Shown in pieces: positions 1 through 9,885 of a DNA stretch of 31,824 nt. Origin of the DNA: Candidatus Hydrogenedentota bacterium (GTDB taxonomy: Bacteria > Hydrogenedentota > Hydrogenedentia > Hydrogenedentales > GCA-2746185); contig JAYGCN010000190.1 in assembly GCA_046583315.1 (NCBI GenBank), forward strand, positions 1-31,824. The letters are read 5' to 3'. Position 1 is the stretch's first letter. The number at the start of each line of letters is the position of its first letter. Under the pieces are notes generated by a model, which made no database searches, was not told where the DNA came from, and was given only the letters and a program-made list of their open reading frames with translations. The position numbers and the translations under genes are program-made.

Positions 1-618
1 TTTTTCGACCTCTCCATCTATACGACCGTTGTGCCCACACCGCGAATTCTGAACAATCTGATTCATGCGAAGAAAATCCCGCCTGTAGTAGCGGTATTCG
101 TCGGGAACGCAAAGGGTATGCGCAATGATGAGCTGCCCTGCAACGACGATTTCATTGATTTCGTGTCGACCGAACTTATGCCCTGAGTGCGAGAGAACTA
201 CAACGTCTCAACCGACCCAGCGAAAAATCTTGTCGCGGGAGCAAGTTTCGGCGGACTCGCGTCGTCATTCATGGCGTTTCGACACCCCGAACTTTTTGGC
301 AATGTGATCTCCCAGTCCGGATCCTATTGGTGGTCGCCTGATACGAATACGACCTTCCTCGCGCATGAAGTTGAAGGAGAATGGTTGACCCGTCAGTACG
401 CCCAAGTCGATCCCAAACCAATCCGTTTCTTCATCGAAATTGGCCTGAATGAAAACGGTGCGCCGAGCATGGTGATCGTTAACCGACACTTCCGGGATGT
501 GCTCATCGCCAAAGGAAACGAAATCGTCAAGTACGACGAATTTAATGGCGGACACAGCCAACTAAACTGGCGGGGGAGTATCGCGGATGCCCTCATCGCG
601 ATGATCGGTGATGATTAG
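1..618 (+). pseudogene. Enterochelin esterase (Fes)-like alpha/beta hydrolase, 5'-truncated by the window edge and interrupted by an in-frame TGA at 184-186
   Basis: Frame 1 is open from base 1 (FFDLSIYTTVVPTPRILNNLIHAKKIPPVVAVFVGN...RNDELPCNDDFIDFVSTELMP*VRENY) and continues in frame into ORF 187..618. Motifs typical of Fes-family esterases: nucleophile elbow GASFGG, FGNVISQSGSYWW, acidic E-N position in GLNEN, and EFNGGH catalytic His. The TGA sits where the family usually has ELxPWV (Trp). Confidence 0.8.
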
Positions 619-653
619 TTGAGCATGGTCATGAAAATTGTTATGCTTCGAAG

Positions 654-2360
654 ATGCCTAAAACAAGATATTATTCCAATTGTCCGGTCACCATTCAGTC
701 GAAACACCGAGCGCGAAAATTAATTCTCTCAGTATCGATAATCACGAGTATTTTCCTAAGCGCTAACGCCGCTTTCGCCGATGATCCGATCACCGATGCC
801 ATGCTGATCGATGCTCAGAATTCTTCCGAGAATTGGTTGACCCATGGGCGCAATTACGCGAGCTGGCGATATATACCGGTGGACGAAATTAATCGAGACA
901 CCATATCCCAGCTTAAAGTCGTATGGACCACCAACACCGGGGTCGGCATGGGGCAATTCGAGACCTCTGCGGTTGTGGCGAATGGGCGCATGTTCATCAC
1001 GACACAAGAGAGTCATCTGATCGCTGTGGATCCAAAAACAGGCGAGACACTGTGGCGATACGATTATGATTTTCCACGGCGCGCGGTCGTTTGTTGCGGC
1101 CCCGTGAATCGTGGCGTAGCGGTCTACGGGGAAAATGTGTACTGGGGAACGCTGGACGCGCATCTAATCTGTTTTGATGCAAAGACGGGCAAGGTTAAGT
1201 GGAATGTGGCCGTCGCTGAGACCGCGCTGCGTTATTCGATCACAGGTGCACCGCTGGTCGTTGACGGAAAAGTGTTGATCGGCGTGGGCGGGGGAGAGTA
1301 TGGGATACGCGGATTCGTCGCGGCTTATGACGCCATGACAGGCGAACAGGCGTGGCGTTTTTTTACGATACCCGGTGAAGGCGAGCCCGGGAACGAGACC
1401 TGGGCCGGAGATTCCTGGAAAACAGGCGGCGCGCCGACATGGCTCACCGGCAGCTACGACCCCGAATTAAACCTGGTGTATTGGGGCACGGGGAATCCGG
1501 GTCCGGATCTTAACCGCCACGCCCGGGAGGGAACAAATCTTTACAGCAACTCGATCGTGGCGTTGGACGCGGATACAGGGAAGTTGCGTTGGTTTTTCCA
1601 GCCGTCACCGCGTGATGAGTTTGACTGGGACGGTGTGAATGAACTGGTGCTGGTCGATGAGGTCATCAACGGGAAAAAAGTTAAGGCTCTCGCGCAGGCG
1701 AATCGAAATGGTTTTCTCTATCTGCTGGATAGGGAGACGGGAGAGTTCCTTTTTGCAAAACCCTATACACGCACGAATTGGCATGAATACGATGAGAAGG
1801 GGATTCCAGTGTTAACAGAAGAGATGCTGAATCCGGGTGACAAGACGGTATTCCCCGGACTCTACGGAGGCAAGAATTGGCCTCCTTCGGCATACAATCC
1901 GAATACGCATCTGATGTATATACCGGATATGGAACGCGGGTCCGTATTCCAACGAGGGGAATCGGAGTATAGACCCGGTCTGATGTTTTTCGGCGGCAAT
2001 ATGGAGTGGGCCTCCGATGGTCTTGGATTTGTTCGCGCAATCGACGTTCGCACCGGCGAGAAGGTGTGGGAATTCGCAACGCCGGGTGGTCCCAATTGGG
2101 CCGGATTGCTTGCCACGGGTGGGGGATTGGTATTTGGTGGAGCCAGTGACGGAATTCTGCGTGCATTCAATGACGAGACAGGCGAAGTCTTGTGGGAATT
2201 CGACACGTCTACGATAAATGGGGGAGTCCGCACGGGAATTCTCGCGCCTCCCACCAGCTTTACCATTGACGGACGACAATATATAGGGCTCGCCATTGGC
2301 GGGCGCGACCGAACGCGTAAGGATTCGACCTACGCCGTATTCGGATTGAATGGAAATTAG
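654..2360 (+). CDS. Periplasmic PQQ-dependent alcohol dehydrogenase (methanol/ethanol family, type I), probably lanthanide-dependent
   Basis: Signal peptide ending AAFA-DD, ENWLTHGRNY N-terminal motif, vicinal Cys pair (VVCCGPVNRG), GGGEYGIRG (metal-binding Glu), YWGTGNPGP (Asn), DEFDWDGVNE, ANRNGFLYLLDR, GGKNWPP, repeated Trp-docking motifs (GKxxW). No C-terminal CxxCH domain. Confidence 0.92.
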   Translation: MPKTRYYSNCPVTIQSKHRARKLILSVSIITSIFLSANAAFADDPITDAMLIDAQNSSENWLTHGRNYASWRYIPVDEINRDTISQLKVVWTTNTGVGMGQFETSAVVANGRMFITTQESHLIAVDPKTGETLWRYDYDFPRRAVVCCGPVNRGVAVYGENVYWGTLDAHLICFDAKTGKVKWNVAVAETALRYSITGAPLVVDGKVLIGVGGGEYGIRGFVAAYDAMTGEQAWRFFTIPGEGEPGNETWAGDSWKTGGAPTWLTGSYDPELNLVYWGTGNPGPDLNRHAREGTNLYSNSIVALDADTGKLRWFFQPSPRDEFDWDGVNELVLVDEVINGKKVKALAQANRNGFLYLLDRETGEFLFAKPYTRTNWHEYDEKGIPVLTEEMLNPGDKTVFPGLYGGKNWPPSAYNPNTHLMYIPDMERGSVFQRGESEYRPGLMFFGGNMEWASDGLGFVRAIDVRTGEKVWEFATPGGPNWAGLLATGGGLVFGGASDGILRAFNDETGEVLWEFDTSTINGGVRTGILAPPTSFTIDGRQYIGLAIGGRDRTRKDSTYAVFGLNGN

Positions 2361-2465
2361 TCAGCCCGGCAGTCATACTCGAAGCCTATGCTAAGCGTCG
2401 AAAATCAGCAACGATATACAAAACATCGCGCGCTAAGGGACACTCAATCGGGTATAGTCGGAGCC

Positions 2466-3294
2466 ATGAACGAGCAGATTCTCCCCGGACTGATCTTCGG
2501 AAGTATGGGGCCATCGCGTGGGCGATACGCGGCTCGAATGGCTGGGGCGGCATGGATGGCACCATCGTTCCGGGCATGATGTGGGGGATTCTCTGGTTTT
2601 ACATGTGTTGGCGCAAGGGGCTCGCGTGTTATGGCGTTCCGCTCTGGCTTGGATTGGGCATTGCGCTCGGCGGCGAGCTGGGTTACGGACAATATGTCTC
2701 CTGGATTCGAGGGTTGTTTCAGGTCGGGGACGAAATCATCCACGTTGACCCGAGTACAGGCTGGCTTTGGTTCGTTGTGTGCGGGTCGGTTGGGGCGCAC
2801 CAGGTGGGGTTCTGCTTGGTTGGGCGCTCAGTCAGAAAACGTCATTTCCAATATGGATCGGTCGTCTTACGATCCCCTTCATCACAGCATGGCTCGGCTG
2901 GTGGTTGGTGCAGTGGTATCCCTCGCTGTTTTTCCCGAATCATAATCTGGGTATTTACACCGAGCCCCTCGGTTCGAATCTTGATCGCACGGTGTATACC
3001 AATACACAGAATTTTACAGTGGTCGCCTGGTGGATTGGTGCCGTGCTGGTCGCGACGATTCAGCGCGACAAAGTGAGTGCAATGATGTGCGCATTTATCG
3101 GAGCCGGGTTCGGTCCCGGTTTTGCCCTGGCCGCAATCTGGTGTCTTGGTTTTGAGTACGCGCCAACCTACATCGATTGGTGGAAGATGTGGGAGCTTCA
3201 ATCCGGGTTTAACTTGGGGATACTTTATGTGCTCGCTTGGTATTGGTGCGTGCGCCAAGTGGACAAGACGCACAATGTGAATGTAGTTAGCTGA
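2466..3294 (+). pseudogene. Multi-pass membrane protein of unknown function, split by two single-base deletions (reconstructed 276 aa)
   Basis: GGAG then ATG at 2466 (MNEQILPGLIFGSMG). Adding one G at the G4 run 2507-2510 gives AIAWAIRGSNGWGGMDGTIVPG (ORF 2552 frame). Adding one base at 2783-2785 gives CGVGWGAPGGVLLGWAL (ORF 2767..3294 frame). The joined product is a continuous Gly/Trp-rich hydrophobic protein. Confidence 0.75.
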
Positions 3295-3495
3295 AAATAT
3301 ACGCTTTGTATTTAATGGACATACGCAAAACCAGTATACATCGTATATCAAATATACATTGCAAATGTAACAGGAATCGAAATGATGCATCTTACTACCT
3401 CCACTCAATAGGTTCCTGGATTCCTTGTCACCTACGGGTATAATTGAATATACTCCACCCGGCCGATGTCTTCTTAACTTCGGTGGGGAGATGAC

Positions 3496-4092
3496 ATGGC
3501 GCGAACCGTCTGGCATGAAAACACAAGGGTTGTCCTGCTCGTTGGGATGGCTATACTCATTTCTGCCTGTGCATCGACGCGTGTGGATCGTGTAGAGAAT
3601 CTTCCTCCTGAACTTCGCGTCACGGTTGGGACGAGCATATTTGAAAGCAACAAACGTCTGCCCCAAAGCGGAACGTATCGTATCGTTGAATCGCGCATCG
3701 AAGGCGATCGGGCGAATGATCTTTCTCCCTACATAGATCAGCTGGATTCCATTGTGCATCAGGTGATGAGAGAGAACCAATACACTCTAGGGTCTTCGGG
3801 TACCGTTGATTTACTGATGGCCTATGCGGTGGCTGCCACTGACCCCATAAAACCAGGGGATTTGCCTACACCTGTTGGAGGAAGGGCGTTTCCGCCGGGA
3901 GGTGACAAAGAACTCTATGGCAAAGGCATGATGATCGTGCATCTATACGATGGAACGACCCGAGAAATTCTGTGGCGAGGGTCGATCGAAGCGAAAGTTG
4001 CGATCGACGCCAATGTGAGTGAAGAGGTACGTGAGGCTCGTCTCGTACATATCGTTAGAAAGTTGATGTCCAACTTTTTCCGAGTCGAGTGA
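3496..4092 (+). CDS. DUF4136-like lipoprotein
   Basis: GGGGAG RBS, lipobox-like ILISAC, and a C-terminal GMMIVHLYDGTTREILWRGSIEA...VRKLMSNF pattern resembling DUF4136. Confidence 0.7.
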   Translation: MARTVWHENTRVVLLVGMAILISACASTRVDRVENLPPELRVTVGTSIFESNKRLPQSGTYRIVESRIEGDRANDLSPYIDQLDSIVHQVMRENQYTLGSSGTVDLLMAYAVAATDPIKPGDLPTPVGGRAFPPGGDKELYGKGMMIVHLYDGTTREILWRGSIEAKVAIDANVSEEVREARLVHIVRKLMSNFFRVE

Positions 4093-4191
4093 TCGGGTAA
4101 ATCCAACTATATTGCGAAAAGGGTTTGTGTGAATAAAGTAAATCGAGTGAAAAATTTGGATGCCTGGAGTCTGGGGTCGGGAAGTGAGTTT

Positions 4192-5634
4192 ATGGCAATG
4201 ATACGTCGCGCAACGTCCTTGGTCATCGTTTGTCTCTGTATTTCGTTGACGGGGTGCATAACCGTTGGTCCGGACTATGAGCCTCCTGAAATAATTGTCC
4301 CGGATGCCTGGCATGAGGCGGCCCTCGAAGGGTTGGATACAGGAGATGCCTATCTGGCGCAGTGGTGGTCCGTATTCGACGACTCTGTTCTCAATGGGCT
4401 CATCGAACGCGTGGAATCGGATAACCTTTCCCTGGCCGCAGCGGCGACACGTTTGGACGAGGCACGAATGCTACTCGCGATCTCGCGTGGTGAGAAGGTG
4501 CCTTCGGTTGATGGCTTCGGCACGATCCAGCGCACACGCGCAAGCGAGAGCGTTAGCCCGTCCTTGCCATCGGGAGTCAGTCGCACCGATACGTTTTATC
4601 AGGTGGGTGTGGATGCGGGGTGGGAGCTCGATCTATGGGGAAGAATTCGCCGCAACATTGAATCCGCAGAGGCATCTTACGCAGCGAGCATGGAAGATTA
4701 TCGCGATGTCCTTGTAAGTGTCTACGCGGAGGTCGCATTAAGCTATATTTCCGCGCGCAATCTCCAGGAACGTATCTCGCTTGCCGAGGAGAATGTCACG
4801 GCGCAGCGGGAATCGGTGGAATTGACCCGAAATCGTTATGAGGCCGGACTGGTCGGGATGCTGGATGTTCGTCAGGCGGAGTTGAATCTGGCGACGACGG
4901 AGTCCCTCGTTCCGCAGCTACGCGCTGGGTATATACAGTCGGTGAACCGATTGGGTGTACTGATGGGTGAGTATCCCAATGCGCTACACGGTGAGTTGGC
5001 TGCTAAAGGCCTTACGCCATCTGCTTCATTATCCGTCACGAAACACCTTCCGACAGATTTGCTGAGACAGCGCCCGGATGTACGTGCCGCCGAACGGCGT
5101 CTTGCCGGGCAGACCGCGCGAATTGGTGCCCAGCAAGCGTTGCTCTATCCAACCTTCGCGCTTGGCGGCACCTTTGCATTGGAAGCCTTTGAGTCCGGAG
5201 ACGCATTCGACGGTGATTCGCGTACCTATGGTTTCGGTCCGGCGTTTCGCTGGAATTTGTTCGATGGGAAACGCATCCGGAATTCGGTGTACATAGAGGA
5301 AATTCGTACCGAACGCGCGCTTATCGCGTATGAGAGACGCATCCTTGTTGCGGTAGAAGAAGTTGAAAATGCCATGGTTGCGTTGGCGCAGGAAGAAGAC
5401 CGAAAGGCGCTACTCGCGACCGCGATGCTCGCTGCCCAACAATCCGTGGAACTGGTTCAGACGCTCTACCGTACAGGCCTTACCGATTTTCAAAACGTGC
5501 TCGATATGGAGCGCGCGAAATTTCTGCAAGATGATGCCTACGCCGTCAGTAAAGGCGAGCAGGCACGCAATTTGGTTCAGCTGTATAAGGCACTCGGTGG
5601 CGGTTGGTCACCAAATTCAGAAGAGACAAACTAA
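4192..5634 (+). CDS. RND efflux outer membrane lipoprotein channel (NodT/OprM/TolC family)
   Basis: Lipobox SLTGC followed by VGPDYEPP, WWSVFDDSVLNGLIE, WELDLWGRIRR, LPTDLLRQRPDVRAAERRL and LYKALGGGW. ATG 4192 is preferred over GTG 4129 because it gives a normal signal-peptide length. Confidence 0.93.
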   Translation: MAMIRRATSLVIVCLCISLTGCITVGPDYEPPEIIVPDAWHEAALEGLDTGDAYLAQWWSVFDDSVLNGLIERVESDNLSLAAAATRLDEARMLLAISRGEKVPSVDGFGTIQRTRASESVSPSLPSGVSRTDTFYQVGVDAGWELDLWGRIRRNIESAEASYAASMEDYRDVLVSVYAEVALSYISARNLQERISLAEENVTAQRESVELTRNRYEAGLVGMLDVRQAELNLATTESLVPQLRAGYIQSVNRLGVLMGEYPNALHGELAAKGLTPSASLSVTKHLPTDLLRQRPDVRAAERRLAGQTARIGAQQALLYPTFALGGTFALEAFESGDAFDGDSRTYGFGPAFRWNLFDGKRIRNSVYIEEIRTERALIAYERRILVAVEEVENAMVALAQEEDRKALLATAMLAAQQSVELVQTLYRTGLTDFQNVLDMERAKFLQDDAYAVSKGEQARNLVQLYKALGGGWSPNSEETN

Positions 5635-5684
5635 CACCAGCGAACGCGGGCAAACACGGGCAAAGCATTGCCGGAGGTCATACC

Positions 5685-6797
5685 ATGAGTGAAAAGAAAA
5701 AATCGGGCGGACCGATTCCCATTATTGTGGGTTTGGTGCTATTTAGCGCTGGACTCTATTCTGTGTTCATGGTCGATTGGTCTTCAGAGCCGCCACCAGA
5801 GCCGGTGGTGATTCGACCCGTTAAATCAGAGATTGTCGGCATGGGGGTCAGCGAGACCTCAGTGACGTTTCCTGGGCGCGTGAAAGCCGCTCAGGCAGTC
5901 GATTTGGCCTTTGATGTGTCTGGGCAACTCTCCGAACTGGCAGCCGAGGAAGGAATGAAGGTCAAAAAAGGTGATGTGCTTGCGAAACTCGACGATGCTG
6001 ACTTTCGAAACGACCTCGCCGTTGCGCAGGCCGAATCGCAACGAGCCAAGGCGCAGTTCGAGCGTGTGAGCAAAGCGGCCGAGACGGATGCGGTATCGCA
6101 GCAGGAGGTATCGAATGCTCAGGCCGCCTATGACGCGGCGCGCGCGCAGGTTAATATCAAACAAAAAGCGGTTCAAAATACCGAACTTCGTGCGACCTTT
6201 GATGGCGTGATTGGCAACACATTCGTAGATAATTTTGAAACGGTGCAGGCAAAATCCCGTATTTTGAGCCTTCAGGATATCTCTTCCATTGAAGTGGAGG
6301 TCAATGTGCCAGAGCGGCGAATGATTCAAGGACAGCAGGGGAACAGATCGTCGACCAAGCTGTTCGTGGTCTTTGATTATCTGCCCGATGAGCGCTTTCC
6401 CGCAGAATTGATCAAGATCGCAGCCGATGCTGACCCCGCCACCCAGACCTATCAGGCCACTGTGGCGTTGCCCCAGCCGGACACCGTAAACATTTTGCCG
6501 GGCATGTCGGCTTTGGTAGTGGCTGAGCTGGCTGAGGAGCGGAATGCGAAGGCGGATGTCATCTTGGTGCCCGTGGAGTCGCTCGGAATCGATCCCGCCG
6601 GTGCATACTATGTCTGGAAGCTCGATGGGGAAGGAGACACATACAAGGTAAGTCGAGTGGATGTGGCCCAAGGCGCAATGAGCGATTTCGGCATGGAAAT
6701 ATTGAGCGGACTCAATGCGGGAGATCGCATTGCCACCGCAGGGGTGAACTTTCTTAAAGACGGCCAGCAGGTAAAACTGCTTGCGCCTTCGAATTAG
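5685..6797 (+). CDS. RND efflux periplasmic adaptor (membrane fusion protein)
   Basis: GGAGG RBS before ATG 5685, N-terminal TM anchor, lipoyl half-motifs (LAFDVSGQL...VKKGDVLAKLD and LRATFDGVI), alpha-hairpin, ADPATQTY, ILPGMSA, GLNAGDRIATAG. Confidence 0.92.
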   Translation: MSEKKKSGGPIPIIVGLVLFSAGLYSVFMVDWSSEPPPEPVVIRPVKSEIVGMGVSETSVTFPGRVKAAQAVDLAFDVSGQLSELAAEEGMKVKKGDVLAKLDDADFRNDLAVAQAESQRAKAQFERVSKAAETDAVSQQEVSNAQAAYDAARAQVNIKQKAVQNTELRATFDGVIGNTFVDNFETVQAKSRILSLQDISSIEVEVNVPERRMIQGQQGNRSSTKLFVVFDYLPDERFPAELIKIAADADPATQTYQATVALPQPDTVNILPGMSALVVAELAEERNAKADVILVPVESLGIDPAGAYYVWKLDGEGDTYKVSRVDVAQGAMSDFGMEILSGLNAGDRIATAGVNFLKDGQQVKLLAPSN

Positions 6798-6813
6798 GGT
6801 CGGTGGCGAACCA

Positions 6814-9800
6814 ATGAATATTGCCGAACTATCGATTCGATACAAAACCATTACCTGGGTGTTTACGGTTGTGATGTTTGTCGGCGGAATTCTTGCCTAT
6901 GAACGTTTGGGGCGACTTGAAGATCCGGAATTTACGATTAAAACGGCGAAGGTGGTGACCCCCTATCCCGGTGCGAGCGCGATGGAAGTGGCCGAGGAAG
7001 TCTCGGATCGGCTTGAACAGGCAATTCAAGAGATGGGGCAGATTGACCTCGTCAAAAGTAAGTCGGAGCCGGGCTTGAGCATCATTACGATCGATATCAA
7101 ACCCATGTATCCCGCAGATACCCTGCCACAAATATGGGACGAGTTACGCCGAAAGATTAATGATACCCAACCGACACTTCCTCCCGGCGCAGGACCGTCG
7201 AACGTGATTGACGACTTCGGCGATGTCTTTGGGATTTTGTATGCAGTGTATGGGGATGGATACACCTACGCGGAGATTAAAGAACACGCGGATTTACTTC
7301 AGCGTGAACTGTTACTGGTAGAGGATGTAGGCAAAGTTGAAATTACCATGGACCAGCCCGAGGCGGTGTACGTTGAAATCTCGAACGCTCGGATGTCCCA
7401 GTTGGGCGTGGAGCCGGCTTATGTGTACAACCTGCTCGCGGCGGAAAATCTTGCGGCTCCAGCGGGAAAAGTGGAAGTTGGCTCGATGTACATTCGAACC
7501 CATCCGACGGGTGAATTCGCATCGGTGGAGGAGTTGGGGGACCTGTTGATTCAGCCCGGCGGACCCGGGCAGCCATCGGTTTATTTGCGTGACGTTGCGA
7601 CGATTTATCGTGGTTATCAAGAACCGTCCAAGACTGTCATGCGCTACGACGGTAAACCTGCGATTACATTAGGCATCTCCACGGTGAAGGGTGGCAACGT
7701 CGTAAACATGGGTGAAGCGGTGAAGAAACGTATCGCTGAACTTGAAGCGGAAACGCCCATCGGTATAGAGCTCGGAGTCATATCCCTACAGTCGGATTCG
7801 GTGACCATCTCGTTGCAGGGATTCATCATAAGTCTGGCCGAAGCGGTGCTCATCGTGGTTGCGGTGCTCTTGTTTGCGATGGGATTCCGCAGTGCGATGC
7901 TGATCGGTTTCGTGTTGTTACTCACCGTGCTGGCTACCTTCATTATCATGGCTTCCCAGGGCATTCAGCTGGAACGCATCAGCCTCGGTGCATTGATTAT
8001 CGCGCTGGGCATGTTGGTGGACAACGCAATCGTCGTGGTTGAGGGCTACATCATCAATAGCCAACGGGGTGATGACAAGATAACCGCCGCATCAAAAATT
8101 GTGAAGCAAACCATGTGGCCGCTGTTGGGCGCGACCTTCATCGCGATTCTGGCCTTCGCCGCGATCGGCGCGTCTCAGGATTCAACTGGCGAATTCTGCC
8201 GCTCCCTGTTCCAAGTGATTACGATTTCGCTTTTGCTGAGTTGGTTGCTGGCCATTACAGTGACTCCACTGTTGTCGGTAACCTTTATGAGCTTCAAACC
8301 TCCAGCGGAAGGCGAAGAAGTTGACCCCTATGGTGGCGCCCTGTTTCGAGGCTATCGACGGATTCTGGAGACCTGCATTCGCTATCGGTGGGTGACCGTT
8401 GTCGTACTGATCGTCGTGTTGATAAGCTCGATACGTGGATTCGGGATGGTGAAGCAGAGTTTCTTTCCGGACTCCACACGGCCGCAGTTCATGCTGCATT
8501 ATTGGCTTCCCCAAGGCACGCACATTGATCGTACTTCGGATGAAATGGCGGAGATTGAGAAATTCTTGCTTGCTCAGGAAGGCATCACGGGGCTTTCGAG
8601 TTACATCGGCGGATCGCCGCCACGGTTCATATTGACGTTCTCGCCAGAAGACCCGAATCCAGCCTACGGTTTCATGCTGGTGGATGTGGAAGAATATGAG
8701 ATGATCGATGCGGTTATCGAAAACGCCTCCGAGTATATAAGCGCGAATTTTCCGGCCGCAGAAGCCTATGGGCGAAAGTTCGTATTGGGTACCGGAGAAC
8801 CTGGAAAAATTCAAGCACGTTTTCGCGGACCTGACCCAGATGTACTTCGCGTGTTGGGCGATGAAGCCTTTGCAATTATGGTCGCTGAACCGACTGCTGC
8901 AGATGTTCAGAACGATTGGCGTACGCGCACACCCTTGATTCGCCCCATAATTGCTGAACGGCAGGCTCGGGACTTGGGACTGACGAGGAGGACAATTGCA
9001 GATGCCTTACAGAGCACATTCGGCGGGCGCACGATTGGCCTGTTCCGTGATGGCGATGATTTCCTCCCGATTGTCGCACGTCCTCCCGAAAGTGAACGCG
9101 ACCGCGTCGGATTGCTGGATACGGTACAAGTGTGGAGCTCCGTTGCACAGCAATCGATACCGATAGGACAAATCGTGCGCGGCTACGAGACCACCTGGGA
9201 AGATTCGATCATCCGGCGTCGGGATCGTTTGCCCACCTTGACGATAAAGTGCGATCCCAAAGAAGGGGAGGCCGTTCCGGTATTTCTCAAGATTCAGCCC
9301 AAAGTAGAGGCGAGGTGGAAGGAACTTCAAGAAGAGATGGACCTGACCGGCTACACGATGGAATGGGGCGGTGAATACGAGAGTTCCAAAGAAGCGCAAA
9401 GCGGAATCATGGGCAATATGCCACTGGTACTTGTGTCAATGACGCTGATTATCGTCGTGCTGTTTAACTCGATTCGTAAGCCAATCGTCATCTTCCTGAC
9501 CGTACCGTTTGCGCTGACCGGGGTCACCGTTGGCCTGCTGGTAATGGACGAAGCGTTTGGGTTCATGGCCATGCTCGGCCTGTTGAGCCTGGTGGGTATG
9601 CTTATGAAAAATGCGATCGTGCTCATTGACGAAATCAATGCGCAACTCAATGGAGGCGCGGATCCTTACGACGCGATTGTGATGGCCGGCGTCAGTCGTT
9701 TGCGACCGGTCTCCATGGCGGCGATGACGACCGTGCTCGGTATGATCCCGTTGCTCCCGGATGTCTTCTTCGCATCCATGGCCGTAACCATCATGTTCGG

Positions 9801-9885
9801 ACTCTCTTTTGCGACGGTGCTCACCTTAGTTGTGATACCGGTGCTCTACGCCGTGCTGTTCCGGATACCGAGTCCCGCGCGCTAG
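6814..9885 (+). CDS. RND efflux transporter permease (AcrB/AcrD/AcrF family)
   Basis: About 1023 aa with LGRLEDPEF, YPGASAMEVAEEV, ALGMLVDNAIVVVE (TM4), GMLMKNAIVLID (TM10) and RLRPVSMAAMTTVLGMIPL (TM11). It follows the OMF and MFP genes on the same strand. Confidence 0.95.
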   Translation: MNIAELSIRYKTITWVFTVVMFVGGILAYERLGRLEDPEFTIKTAKVVTPYPGASAMEVAEEVSDRLEQAIQEMGQIDLVKSKSEPGLSIITIDIKPMYPADTLPQIWDELRRKINDTQPTLPPGAGPSNVIDDFGDVFGILYAVYGDGYTYAEIKEHADLLQRELLLVEDVGKVEITMDQPEAVYVEISNARMSQLGVEPAYVYNLLAAENLAAPAGKVEVGSMYIRTHPTGEFASVEELGDLLIQPGGPGQPSVYLRDVATIYRGYQEPSKTVMRYDGKPAITLGISTVKGGNVVNMGEAVKKRIAELEAETPIGIELGVISLQSDSVTISLQGFIISLAEAVLIVVAVLLFAMGFRSAMLIGFVLLLTVLATFIIMASQGIQLERISLGALIIALGMLVDNAIVVVEGYIINSQRGDDKITAASKIVKQTMWPLLGATFIAILAFAAIGASQDSTGEFCRSLFQVITISLLLSWLLAITVTPLLSVTFMSFKPPAEGEEVDPYGGALFRGYRRILETCIRYRWVTVVVLIVVLISSIRGFGMVKQSFFPDSTRPQFMLHYWLPQGTHIDRTSDEMAEIEKFLLAQEGITGLSSYIGGSPPRFILTFSPEDPNPAYGFMLVDVEEYEMIDAVIENASEYISANFPAAEAYGRKFVLGTGEPGKIQARFRGPDPDVLRVLGDEAFAIMVAEPTAADVQNDWRTRTPLIRPIIAERQARDLGLTRRTIADALQSTFGGRTIGLFRDGDDFLPIVARPPESERDRVGLLDTVQVWSSVAQQSIPIGQIVRGYETTWEDSIIRRRDRLPTLTIKCDPKEGEAVPVFLKIQPKVEARWKELQEEMDLTGYTMEWGGEYESSKEAQSGIMGNMPLVLVSMTLIIVVLFNSIRKPIVIFLTVPFALTGVTVGLLVMDEAFGFMAMLGLLSLVGMLMKNAIVLIDEINAQLNGGADPYDAIVMAGVSRLRPVSMAAMTTVLGMIPLLPDVFFASMAVTIMFGLSFATVLTLVVIPVLYAVLFRIPSPAR

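Noticed and set aside
184..186. TGA recoding (genetic code 4/25 or selenocysteine)
   Set aside because: TGG is used freely, none of the long genes has an internal TGA, TGA terminates the gene ending at 4092, the position corresponds to Trp rather than Cys, and I saw no convincing SECIS hairpin.
2842..3780. 312-aa minus-strand ORF crossing the AT-rich intergenic region
   Set aside because: It overlaps two better-supported + strand genes and has no recognisable motifs or protein-like composition.
5859..6851. 330-aa minus-strand ORF
   Set aside because: Antisense shadow of the MFP gene.
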